Source: Macrostomum lignano (taxonomy: Eukaryota). From it: DNA of 64,000 nt. The notes under the pieces were generated by a model that was not told the origin of the DNA, did no database searches, and saw only the letters and a list, made by a program, of their open reading frames with translations. Position numbers and translations under genes: made by a program. Positions 23,855 to 35,400 of this stretch are shown in pieces (within the stretch, counting starts at the first letter, position 1; each line of letters starts with the position of its first letter). The stretch is from positions 1 to 64,000 of the forward strand of contig NIVC01001898.1 of NCBI GenBank assembly GCA_002269645.1, read 5' to 3'.

Positions 23855-24705
23855 TGTCACCTGTTAGACAGGAGTGTCACCTGTTAGACAGGAGTGTCAC
23901 CTGTTAGACAGGAGTGGAACCTGTTAGACAGGAGTGGAACCTGTTAGACAGGAGTGGAACCTGTTAGACAGGAGTGGAAACTGTTAGACAGGAGTGGAAC
24001 CTGTTAGACATGAGTGGAAACTGTTAGACAGGAGTGGAACCTGTTAGACAGGAGTGGAACCTGTTAGAGGGGAGTGGAAACTGTTAGACAGGAGTGGAAC
24101 CTGTTAGACAGGAGTGGAACCTGTTAGACAGGAGTGGAAACTGTTAGACAGGAGTGGAACCTGTTAGACAGGAGTGGAACCTGTTAGACAGGAGTGGAAA
24201 CTGTTAGACAGGAGTGGAACCTGTTAGACAGGAGTGGAACCTGTTAGACGGGAGTGGAAACTGTTAGACAGGAGTGGAACCTGTTAGACAGGAGTGGAAC
24301 CTGTTAGACATGAGTGGAAACTGTTAGACAGGAGTGGAACCTGTTAGACGGGAGTGGAAACTGTTAGACAGGAGTGGAACCTGTTAGACAGGAGTGGAAC
24401 CTGTTAGACAGGAGTGGAACCTGTTAGACATGAGTGGAAACTGTTAGACAGGAGTGGAACCTGTTAGACATGAGTGGAAACTGTTAGACAGGAGTGGAAC
24501 CTGTTAGACATGAGTGGAAACTGTTAGACAGGAGTGGAAACTGTTAGACAGGAGTGGAAACTGTTAGACAGGAGTGGAACCTGTTCGACAGGAGTGGAAC
24601 CTGTTAGACATGAGTGGAAACTGTTAGACAGGAGTGGAAACTGTTAGACAGGAGTGGAAACTGTTAGACAGGAGTGGAACCTGTTCGACAGGAGTGGAAC
24701 CTGTG
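23855..24705. repeat. 20-bp minisatellite (ctgttagacaggagtggaac)
   Basis: About 42 copies; each contains the small inverted repeat CCTGT-TAG-ACAGG. Confidence 0.97.
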
Positions 24706-25089
24706 TAGAAGGAAGTCAAGTTTCCCGATATGTACTGTTTTTTTATTTAATTCGGTCGCAGTCATTTGAATGCAGTGTTTTTTAATCAATATCTTTTCGA
24801 GTGGATGACTTATATTTGTATTCATCAAAATGAAAACGGCAGGTTTGCTTCTGAAGTGTCTTATTGTATATTTGTTTTACTTTCATTTTGAAATTATCAC
24901 TAAGGAAAAAATATACCCATTTGACCGAAAAATAATGGAAGTTCAGGACATGCAAAACACGAATAATTACATGTATCCTTGACACCGCTGGATAAATAAC
25001 GATGCTACTTGAGACTACTATGAGTAGAACAGAAGCAAAAAATGTATAAATCGGGTATTTTGCGCGAGCACGCGAATTGCGACATTGTC

Positions 25090-25715
25090 ACCTCTGTAGC
25101 TGAGCCTCTGTAACTGACTCCCGGCCTAACCCTCTGGATATCTAGATACCCCTCTGTAGCTGGCATCCCCTCTGTAGCTGGCATCCCCTCTGTAGCTGGC
25201 ATCCCCTCTGTAGCTGGCATCCCCTCTGTAGCTGGCATCCCCTCTGTAGCTGGCATCCCCTCTGTAGCTGGCATCCCCTCTGTAGCTGGCATCCCCTCTG
25301 TAGCTGGCATCCCCTCTGTAGCTGGCATCCCCTCTGTAGCTGGCATCCCCTCTGTAGCTGGCATCCCCTCTGTAGCTGGCATCCCCTCTGTAGCTGGCAT
25401 CCCCTCCGTAGCTGACTCCCTAACCCTCTGTAGCTGACTCCCTAACCCTCTGTAGCTGACTCCCTAACCCTCTGTAGCTGACTCCCTAACCCTCTGTAGC
25501 TGACTCCCTAACCCTCTGTAGCTGACTCCCTAACCCTCTGTAGCTGACTCCCTAACCCTCTGTAGCTGACTCCCTAACCCTCTGTAGCTGACTCCCTAAC
25601 CCTCTGTAGCTGACTCCCTAACCCTCTGTAGCTGACTCCCTAACCCTCTGTAGCTGACTCCCTAACCCTCTGTAGCTGACTCCCTAACCCTCTGTAGCTG
25701 ACTCCCTAACCTTCC
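25090..25715. repeat. 18-bp (ggcatcccctctgtagct) then 22-bp (gactccctaaccctctgtagct) minisatellite
   Basis: Abrupt unit switch at about 25410. Confidence 0.95.
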
Positions 25716-25741
25716 GTAGACCTCTCACAGCCCCGACGGCT

Positions 25742-28078
25742 TCACTGCAGCTTGCAGCGTGAAGTCTCCTCCGCTGTCTCGTAGTTGGGGTCCACAAAGA
25801 TGTGCCCGGTCTGCGGCCGGCTGTCAGTCGCCGATGCCGGATGCTCCATCGCGGAGGCCGAAGGTCCGGTCGGCGGGGACTGCCGCAGTTGCGGCAGCTG
25901 CTCCAGTAAGCCGCCGTGGCGACGCCGCCGATCGAACGCTGCGGTGGCCGCCGCTGGAAGCTGCAGGCAGCCGAAGACGCTGTCGCAGCTGCCCGGGAAC
26001 TGGTAGGGGCTGTCCAGGCTCACGTTCAGCTTGCAGCCACCGCCACCGCCGCCGCCGCCGCCCCCGCCGTCATTGCCGAGAAGTACATCTTCAACGAAGC
26101 TGTCCATCACCTCCAGCAGACCCAACAGCTCCTCGGGGCTGGGCCGGCTGGGGTGACTGTCCGAGTGCGAGCCAGGCTCGACGGACATGGACCACTGGCT
26201 GCAGAATCCCAGCAGCTGCGGCTGCCGCGGATGGCGCAGCAGAATGAAGCCTTTGTAGGTCGGGTGGCACTCGGCCAGCCGCTGGAGCTGGCGCCGCCGT
26301 TTCTGCAGCTTCGCCTGATCCTCCTGCTGCTTGGCCAGGGCGTTGAGCCGCCTGCGGTGCGGCGTTTCGGCTGGTTGATGAGCTGACATGCAAGAATGAT
26401 AATCATTGTGGGCGTCTGATAATCATTGTGGGCGTCTGATAATCATTGTGGCCGTCTGATAATCATTGTGGGTCTCTGATAATCATTGTGGGCGTCTGAT
26501 AATCATTGTGGGTCTCTGATAATCATTGTGGGCGTCTGACAATCATTGTGGGCGTCTGATAATCATTGTGGGCGTCTGATATCATTGTGGCTGTCAGACA
26601 ATCATTGTGGGCGTCTGATAATCATTGTGGGCGTCTGATAATCATTGTGGCTGTCTGATAATCATTGTGGGCGTCTGATAATCATTGTGGGCGTCTGATA
26701 ATCACTGTGGCTGTCTGATAATCATTGTGGGTCTCTGATAATCACTGCCGCTGTCTGATAATCATTGTGGCTGTCTGTTAATCACAACGGTTACCTGATA
26801 ATCATACCTGTAAGCCTGTTGTTGCACCTGCTTCATCTGCTGCTCAGTAGGCGGTCGCGGAGTCACGGTCAGCACGGGGTCCAGGAGACCTTGTCGAGTG
26901 TCGTCTTGAGCAACCAGGATGACATTTTTATCGTAGAGCTCGTCATCAAACTTTGGGTCCTTTGGGATTTTAATTGGCGCTGCTTGAGAGTTGGTAGAGC
27001 TAGTACTCATGCAGGCACAGGCACGTGCAGGCGCAGGCACAGACACAGGCACGGACACAGGCACGGACACAAGCACTAAGAAAAGCCTCACCCTGCACGG
27101 GTGCGGCCAGAGCGGCCCCACCCAGTGCTCGGCCCGGTGCGGCCAGCCCGGCACGAGGTTGGCGGCGCAGGCGTACCGGAACGCCGCCAGATAGCGCTCC
27201 GTCTCCGGCACCAGCACCAGGCCGCAGGGGACCAGGCCCTGGACCACGTCGCGCTGATCCGCCAGCGCCAGAGCGGCGCCAAGTTGACGCGGCACCTGCA
27301 GGCTGCAGCGGCGCAGGCCAAACTGGAACTGCAGGCTGGCGGCGCAGCGGACCAGCTCCAGCCGCTCCCAGGCCGCCAGCCTACGCAGCCCGCCACCTGG
27401 CGGCTCCACGCGCCTCCTGGCGACCAGCTGGAACCGGCAGCGGCACCCGTCCAGATCGAATCGGGCGCCGAAGGCTTGACTCCGCCGGCAGCCTTCGAGG
27501 ACGTCGTAGAATCGACTGCGCGGCGCCATGGACGGCATCGGCGGCAGGGCGGAGCGAGAAGCCGACTGCCTGCTGGCCGCGTTGTCCACCGGCAGCGTCT
27601 CGATCGACTCCGTCGACGACGACGACGATGACGACGAGGAAGCTTGAAGGCCAAAGATGGCCACGTTGCCGAAGCGCCGGGCCTGCCGGCCGCGCCGCTG
27701 GTAGGCCACAAGCGCCGCCGGGGCAGCCTGGTCGGCCTGGTCGGCCTCGAGGCGCCGCTGCATCAGCGCGGCCTGATGGTGCAGGTCGCGGCACCGCCCG
27801 ACCAGGCCTGTTGGCGCCGTCCGACGTCGGATCTCGTCGACGTCGCCGTCTTTAGCGTCGGCGGGCGAGGCGGCCGCGTTGTTACCAGCAGCTGCCGCTG
27901 CCGCTGCCGCCTTGTCGTCGTCATCGAACTCGTCGTCAAGAACGAAGCGGCGCAGCTGCCGCAGCAGCCGGCGAGGCACTCGGCGTCCGCGGCGGCGGGG
28001 CCGGCCGGAGCTCTGGCGGTCCGTCTCAGCCCGCTGCGCCTCCTCCCCCACCGGGCCTTCGGCTGCGTCGTCTGACAT
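25742..28078 (-). CDS. protein of unknown family, possibly a divergent Mab-21/cGAS-like fold. complement(join(25742..26351,26808..28078)), 626 aa; a further short intron near 27090-26980 is possible
   Basis: Long GC-rich ORF starting ATG 28078 just after an acceptor-like ctgcagcag. Phase-2 donor TACAG|GTATGA (26808) joins phase-2 acceptor caccgcag|G (26351), giving QAYR-RLNALAKQQ. Motif GWPHRAEHWVGPLWP resembles the GWPxxAxxW..WP stretch of Mab-21/MB21D2-type proteins; the family call is tentative (about 0.35). Confidence 0.75.
26395..26775. repeat. 20-bp minisatellite (tgataatcattgtgggcgtc) filling the intron of the minus-strand gene
   Basis: About 19 copies. Confidence 0.95.
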
Positions 28079-28239
28079 TTGGAAACTGCTGCAGAATTTG
28101 TGTTTAATTTTCACGGCTTGTGTTTATCGATCTGCACTGTCTGAGTTTATTAATTGCTCATAATAGTAATAAACTGCTTCTCTATTGTCATCAGTTTAGT
28201 AAGATTGTGTTTAATTAAATAGCTCGACTTGTTTTTATA

Positions 28240-28600
28240 GCGTGTTTATCTGCCTGTAGCTTGTGTTTATCTGCCTGTAGCTTGTGTTTATCTGCCTGTA
28301 GCTTGTGTTTATCTGCCTGTAGCTTGTGTTTATCTGCCTGCAGCTTGTGTTTATCTGCCTGTAGCTTGTGTTTATCTGCCTGTAGCTTGTGTTTATTTGC
28401 CTGTAGCTTGTGTTTATCTGCCTGTAGCTTGTGTTTATCTGCCTGTGTCCAAAGCTTGTGTTTATCTGCCTGTGTCTAAAGCTTGTGTTTATCTGCCTGT
28501 GTCTAAAGCTTGTGTTTATCTGCCTGTGTCTAAAGCTTGTGTTTATCTGCCTGTGTCTAAAGCTTGTGTTTATCTGCCTGTGTCTAAAGCTTGTGTTTAT
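28240..28600. repeat. 21-bp (gcttgtgtttatctgcctgta) switching to 27-bp minisatellite
   Basis: Unit gains gtctaa-like bases at about 28445. Confidence 0.93.
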
Positions 28601-29269
28601 TGATTTGTGTTGTGGCTTGTGTTAATCAATCTGTGTGTAGTTTGTTTTTTTAGTGTGTTTTAGCTTGTGTTTATCAATCTTTGTTTAGCTTATGTTTATC
28701 AATGCGTGTTTAGCTTTTGCTTATCAATCGGTGTATAGCTTGTGTTTATAACCCAGTTCATTACTTGAGTTTATCACAATTTGCTTATCTTGTGTTTATT
28801 GTGTTTATCTTGGCGCTCAACAACACAGGGTTTTGATAAATAAATTCTTACCAGAATTGCGATGAATTGTTCAACTTCAACTGAACTCTTGATAGATATG
28901 GCAATACTTCAATTCAGTCTGAGAGTCTCCGACACTCTGTTTGACTCTGCTTTTAATACTCGCTTTAATACTTGCGATTTCTGGAATCTGGACAGGCGAC
29001 TCAGTTGACATTGCCCAGCCAGTCTATTTGGTGTTTGCTAGCCGAATGTAAAAACTTTCTATCACAATGTCGCATGAACTCAGAACATGCAGACACGCAG
29101 TTTCAGTGGAAAGATACGGCAGTATGGAGGGCTTTTGAACGAGCCATAATGATGCTGTGTTTGCTCAAGGTTTGGCTCGTAGGTGCGGACTTTTTACAAC
29201 TCAATCTGATCCTTTCTGGTAGAATTTTCTGTGTGAACTACTGAGGCATAAAACACTCTCTAACCCACA

Positions 29270-29930
29270 TTCTCACCCTTCCTCTCCCCCTCCATCCCAC
29301 CCCCTCACACCCTTCCTCTCCCCCTCCATCCCACCCCCTCACACCCTTCCTCTCGACCCCTTCTCACCCCCCTCCTCGCCTTTCCTCTCACCATCCCTCC
29401 CACCATAGCGCTCACCCTCTCTCTCTCACTTCCTCTCTCCCCTTCTCTCTCCCCTTCTCTCTCCCCTTCTCTCTCACCTCTCTCCCCTTCTCTCTCCCCT
29501 TCTCTCTCCCCTTCTCTCTCACCTCTCTCCCCTTCTCTCTCCCCTTCTCTCTCCCCTTCTCTCTCACCTCTCTCCCCTTCTCTCTCCCCTTCTCTCTCCC
29601 CTTCTCTCTCACCTCTCTCCCCTTCTCTCTCCCCTTCTCTCTCCCCTTCTCTCTCCCCTTCTCTCTCCCCTTCTCTCTCCCCTTCTCTCTCCCCTTCTCT
29701 CTCCCCTTCTCTCTCCCCTTCTTTCTCACCTTCTCTCTCACCTTCTCTCTCCCCTCGTTCTCGCCCTCCCTCTCACCCTCCCCCTCGCCCTCGTTCTCGC
29801 CCTCGTTCCCACTCTCCATCTCATCATTGCTCTCGCCCCCCCTCTTCCCCTCGTTCTCATCCTTCTTTCTCAACCACCTTTCACTCTTCTCTCTCACTCA
29901 CTCTTAACCTTCCACTCACTCTACCTCGCA
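29270..29930. repeat. CT-rich low-complexity/microsatellite tract
   Basis: ccccttctctct-type units. Confidence 0.9.
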
Positions 29931-30839
29931 TACTACTGCCCCAAATCGTCTCTCCCTTGCCCTTCCGTATCCTCCACTCCTATAATTATTTCATCATTTC
30001 TCGCCCAGTGCTTTTTTCAAAATACTTACTAATAAAATGGAAGTTTGTCTCTGCGATTTGTGTCATTTTTACGCCCTTGATAGAATTAATTGATCCGAAA
30101 AATGCTAAATTTAGGTTTAACACTTCCTTGCGTCGAAAATATCCTGTTTTTATTGCAATATATCAAAATATGGCAGTACAGTCCGACATTAAAAAATTGA
30201 CCTGAAAAATACAGGCAGGTTGAACTCGAAAGGTCAAGGATGTTTTCAACCGGATGAACAATATACAATTATCTTCGCCAACTCAATTTTTAAATTAGAC
30301 GAAACAAAGCATTGGCGGTTGTCAAGTGGCATTTTCTAGTCAAAAATCACATCTACGAATAGCAAACAAAACACTTTTTATCGAATTTCATAAAAATATC
30401 AACGAAAATGTCTTCTTAAGTCTTTTTGTAGTTAAAATGCTCCTTTTGAAAAAAATTTATTGATATTCTATTATACTACTTGAAAAGCTTATCTGAGTAG
30501 TAGTTACGCAAAAATCTGATTTTCGTTTTCGACGTTAAATTTACGTTCGTACTCGTAGCAGCAAAGAAAACGGAAATGTTTGTGTTTTCAGCGCTAAGCT
30601 GATCTTTTAAGCCACCTTTCTGTTTACGTGTAGATCAATAGATTGCACTTGAAATGTGTGCAAGATACGATGGAGCTATAGACAGCAAGATAAGAGGCCC
30701 CAAAACTAAATTCCACTTTTTTCTTCACATTTCTTCTAGTAGGACTTTGCACTTGAATGTAACCAGAAACTGAAACGAAACTTTTGACAGCGTTTCACTC
30801 TACGAGCGTATGCATCTAGTATTATCATTTTAAACAAGA

Positions 30840-31525
30840 AGGAGATCATTGGGAAATCTATGAGATCATTAGGAAATCTATGAGATCATTGGGAAATCTA
30901 TGAGATCATTAGGAAATCTATGAGATCATTGGGAAATCTATGAGATCATTAGGAAATCTATGAGATCATTGGGAAATCTATGAGATCATTGGGAAATCTG
31001 TGAGATCATTGGGAAATCTATGAGATCATTGGGAAATCTGTGAGATCATTGGGAAATCTATGAGATCATTGGGAAATCTATGAGATCATTGGGAAATCTA
31101 TGAGATCATTGGGAAATCTATGCGATCATTGGGAAATCTATGAGATCATTAGGAAATCTATGAGATCATTGGGAAATCTATGAGATCATTGGGAAATCTA
31201 TGAGATCATTGGGAAATCTATGAGATCATTGGGAAATCTATGAGATCATTGGGAAATCTATGAGATCATTGGGAAATCTATGAGATCATTGGGAAATCTG
31301 TGAGATCATTGGGAAATCTATGAGATCATTGGGAAATCTGTGAGATCATTGGGAAATCTATGAGATTATTGGGAAATCTATGAGATCATTGGGAAATCTG
31401 TGAGATCATTAGGAAATCTGTGAGATCATTGGGAAATCTGTGAGATCATTGGGAAATCTATGAGATCATTGGGAAATCTGTGAGATCATTAGGAAATCTA
31501 TGAGACCATTGGGAAATCTATGCAT
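30840..31525. repeat. 20-bp minisatellite (gagatcattgggaaatctat)
   Basis: About 34 copies. Confidence 0.97.
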
Positions 31526-31689
31526 TAAGAATTTGCATTTAAATCTTTGCGAAAATAAATTCGAGAATAATTGATCATTCATTTATGATAAACAAGTAGA
31601 ACGATTTTCCAAAGATATATTTGGATTTTTTGGGCTTGGATGTATGACGATATAAGGGATAGGAAAGTAAAGATTAATTATCTGCTCAG

Positions 31690-32405
31690 TAATTAATAAT
31701 CCATGCCAGTAATCCTGGCCAATAATTCCTGGCCAATAATCCATGCCAATAATTCATGCCAATAATCCCTGGCCAATAATTCCTGGCCAATAATCCATAC
31801 CAATAATTCATGCCAATAATCCCTGGCCAATAATTCCTGGCCAATAATCCATGCCAATAATTCATGCCAATAATTCCTGGCCAACAATCCCTGGCCAATA
31901 ATCTCTGGCCAATAATCCCTGGCCAATAATCCATACCAATAATTCATGCCAATAATCCCTGGCCAATAATTCCTGGCCAATAATCCATGCCAATAATTCA
32001 TGCCAATAATTCCTGGCCAACAATCCCTGGCCAATAATCTCTGGCCAATAATCCCTGGCCAATAATCCATACCAATAATTCATGCCAATAATCCCTGGCC
32101 AATAATCCCTGGCCAATAATCCATGCCAATAATTCATGCCAATAATTCCTGGCCAACAATCCCTGGCCAATAATCTCTGGCCAATAATCCCTGGCCAATA
32201 ATCCATGCCAATAATCCCTGGCCAATAATCCCTGGCCAATAATCCCTGGCCAATAATCCCTGGCCAATAATCCCTGGCCAATAATCCCTGGCCAATAATC
32301 CCTGGCCAATAATCCCTGGCCAATAATCCCTGGCCAATAATCCCTGGCCAATAATCCCTGGCCAATAATCCCTGGCCAATAATCCCTGGCCGAAAATCCC
32401 TGGCC
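31690..32405. repeat. 14-bp minisatellite (ccaataatccctgg) with higher-order blocks
   Basis: About 50 units; variant blocks recur. Confidence 0.95.
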
Positions 32406-32449
32406 ATATTCCAAGCCAGTTGAGCCTGGGAGCAAGCAATTAACGTTAA

Positions 32450-32473
32450 TTAGGGTTAGGGTTAGGGTTAGGG
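32450..32473 (+). repeat. interstitial (TTAGGG)4
   Basis: Four perfect TTAGGG units. Confidence 0.9.
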
Positions 32474-32488
32474 TTGCTTAGTTAATGG

Positions 32489-35400
32489 TCAAGAGTTCAC
32501 ATTCCGCCGCACCCATTCGGCATAGGCGGACATCCGAGCGTAGACGCCCGGCCTTTTGGCCTGGCCGCAGCCATCGCCGTGAGACACCAGGCCGGCCACC
32601 AGCCACAGGTCCTGCCGGTTGATCATCAACGGTCCGCCTGAATCACCTGTGCAAGCGTCGCGTTCTCCTGCCTGCAGAACGTTTGTGCATTGGGTTGGAT
32701 CTGGTTAATCAGTTGATAAATGTTGGTGAATCGGGTTATAGTGCTGTTGGTGAATCGGGTTATAGTGCTGTTGGTGAATCGGGTTATAGTGCTGTTGGTG
32801 AATCGGGTTATAGTGCTGTTGGTGAATCGGGTTATAGTGCTGTTGGTGAATCGGGTTATAGTGCTGTTGGTGAATCGGGTTATAGTGCTGTTGGTGAATC
32901 GGGTTATAGTGCTGTTGGTGAATCGGGTTATAGTGCTGTTGGTGAATCGGGTTATAGTGCTGTTGGTGAATCGGGTTATAGTGCTGTTGGTGAATCGGGT
33001 TATAGTGCTGTTGGTGAATCGGGTTAATAGTGCTGTTGGTGAATCGGGTTATAGTGCTGTTGGTGAATCGGGTTATAGTGTTGTTGGTCAATCGGGTTAT
33101 AGTGCTGTTGGTGAATCGGGTTATAGTGCTGTTGGTGAATCGGGTTATAGTGCTGTTGGTGAATCGGGTTATAGTGCTGTTGGTGAATCGGGTTATAGTG
33201 CTGTTGGTGAATCGGGTTATAGTGCTGTTGGTGAATCGGGTTATAGTGCTGTTGGTGAATCGGGTTATAGTGCTGTTGGTGAATCGGGTTATAGTGCTGT
33301 TGGTGAATCGGGTTATAGTGCTGTTGGTGAATCGGGTTATAGTGTTGTTGGTGAATCGGGTTATAGTGCTGTTGGTGAATCGGGTTAATAGTGCTGTTGG
33401 TGAATCGGGTTATAGTGCTGTTGGTGAATCGGGTTATAGTGCTGTTGGTGAATCGGGTTAATAGTGCTGTTTGAGTTAGAGTGGAAGAGTTGTGCTCAGA
33501 TTTCTGAATGTTGTTTATCTAGTTATAAAAATAGCACGAATACCAAAAACCCAGCGCAGATATTCTCGGCATAAACTGGTCTGCTGGTGCCAGCATAGAG
33601 TTCTTTGCACCTGGTGTTGCTCAGCACTGGCAGTTGGGTCTCCATGAGACGGTCGGCCACGTCGCTATCTAAAATTGGTTCAGGCAGCGCTAAAGAAATC
33701 TGACCGATTCGATGGCACGCAATGGTCAGCTCAGACTCACCCTCTGTGGCTCCCCAGCCGGCTACGCTGCCAATTGAGTTGTCGAATGCTTCTCCGGGCT
33801 CTGGCAGGCAGATGGGCTCAACGGAATTTAGTAACTGGGCCGGCTTGTCCAGCTTTAACAATGCGACATCGTTGCTGTAGATGGGCTGGAAGAATCTCTC
33901 GTGCACAACCACCCGACTGACGTTGAACTCCTGCACACTGATGTCGCCTGCGGCTGTGTGGCCCAGGCGAACTGAGAATGTCTCGCTGGCGCTGTGAAGT
34001 TGTGTGAATGGCAGGTAGCTAAGGTAGGTTTTTGTCTCTCGCATCAAATTAAGTATCTGAGTGCGACTCCTGCGCGGTCACTTCAATTTAGGACTTGCTG
34101 CGTAGTTCAAATTCTCATGATGGGCCAATACTCAATGCACAGTATGCACTGCCTGACGGTGAGAAGGTCAGGACTGCATGCTGTCTGTCCGAAGCACTCC
34201 GTCATGCATCGGAAGGTTGGCTGTTTTGTAGATTAATGGAGGAAGTCCATGTAGGTACGTGTTGATTGTTTGTGTTGATTTTTCGTGTTGATTGTTCATG
34301 GTTGTGTTGATTGTTCATGTTGATTGTTTGTGTTGATTTTTCGTGTTGATTGTTCGTGGTTTGTGTTGATTGTTCGTGTTGATTTTTTGTGTTGATTTTT
34401 TGTGTTGATTGGTTCGTGGTTGTGTTGATTGGTTCGTGGTTGTGTTGATTGGTTCGTGTTGATTGTTTGTGTTGATTTTTCGTGTTGATTGTTCATGGTT
34501 GTGTTGATTGTTCATGTTGATTGTTTGTGTTGATTTTTCGTGTTGATTGTTCATGGTTGTGTTGATTGTTCGTGTTGATTGGTTCGTGGTTTGTGTTGAT
34601 TTTTCGTGTTGATTGTTTGTGTTGATTGGTTCGCGGTTTGTGTTGATTGTTCATGGTTGTGTTGATTGTTCATGTTGATTGTTTGTGTTGATTTTTCGTG
34701 TTGATTGTTCATGGTTGTGTTGATTGTTCGTGTTGATTGGTTCGTGGTTTGTGTTGATTTTTCGTGTTGATTGTTTGTGTTGATTGGTTCGCGGTTTGTG
34801 TTGATTGTTCGTGTTGATTGTTTGTGTTGATTGGTTCGTGGTTGTGTTGATTGTTCGTGTTGATTGTTTGTGTTGATTGGTTCGTGGTGATTAGCATCGG
34901 TTGATTGTTTGTTTGCTAAACAGTAAACTGTAGGTTTATTGGGGAGGTAGGTGGTAGCTAGATAGACACGCAAGAGACAATCTAGACTCACTCGGCCCAA
35001 GCGAAGCAGTGCCCAGCGGACAGAACCCATTGAGGATGCACCAGCACACCGCCGCAGTGCTGACGCGGCGTCGCATCCTTCGCAGTCTTCGCGGACAGAT
35101 CGCGGCTCACGAGAATTTGTGCCAACCAGGGCCAATCCCCGGCAACGGCGAGGTGGCCACCGATCACCAGACTGACGTCGGCGGCACCGGTGCTGCTCCT
35201 GTTTCCGCAGGGCACGATAGGGTGACGCTCGATGTGCTGCTCCGGTCGCTTCGGAGGCACGCAGCAGTGATAGCCAGCCGGGCAGTGCAGCCACGAAAAC
35301 CAGGCGTTCTCGAATGGACAACCGTCGCTGCCTGTTTTTACGCACACTCCGGCAAACACCTTCCAGCATGTCGAGTTGGACGTTCCTGTGGGAATTGAAA

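Noticed and set aside
23855-24705. Regularly spaced repeats resembling a CRISPR array (also 30840-31525, 35545-36630)
   Set aside because: Units are head-to-tail with no unique spacers, there are no cas genes, and the context is eukaryotic.
26091-26406. Alternative frames for the last exon of the minus-strand gene using the acceptor at gtcag|ctc
   Set aside because: They give short, low-complexity peptides. The acceptor at 26351 keeps the long frame in phase with the upstream donor.
28972-29244. 90-aa plus-strand ORF and similar short ORFs at 41979, 42873, 52391 and 62305
   Set aside because: No recognisable motifs, no GC-rich codon style like the real exons, and no phase-consistent splice partners.
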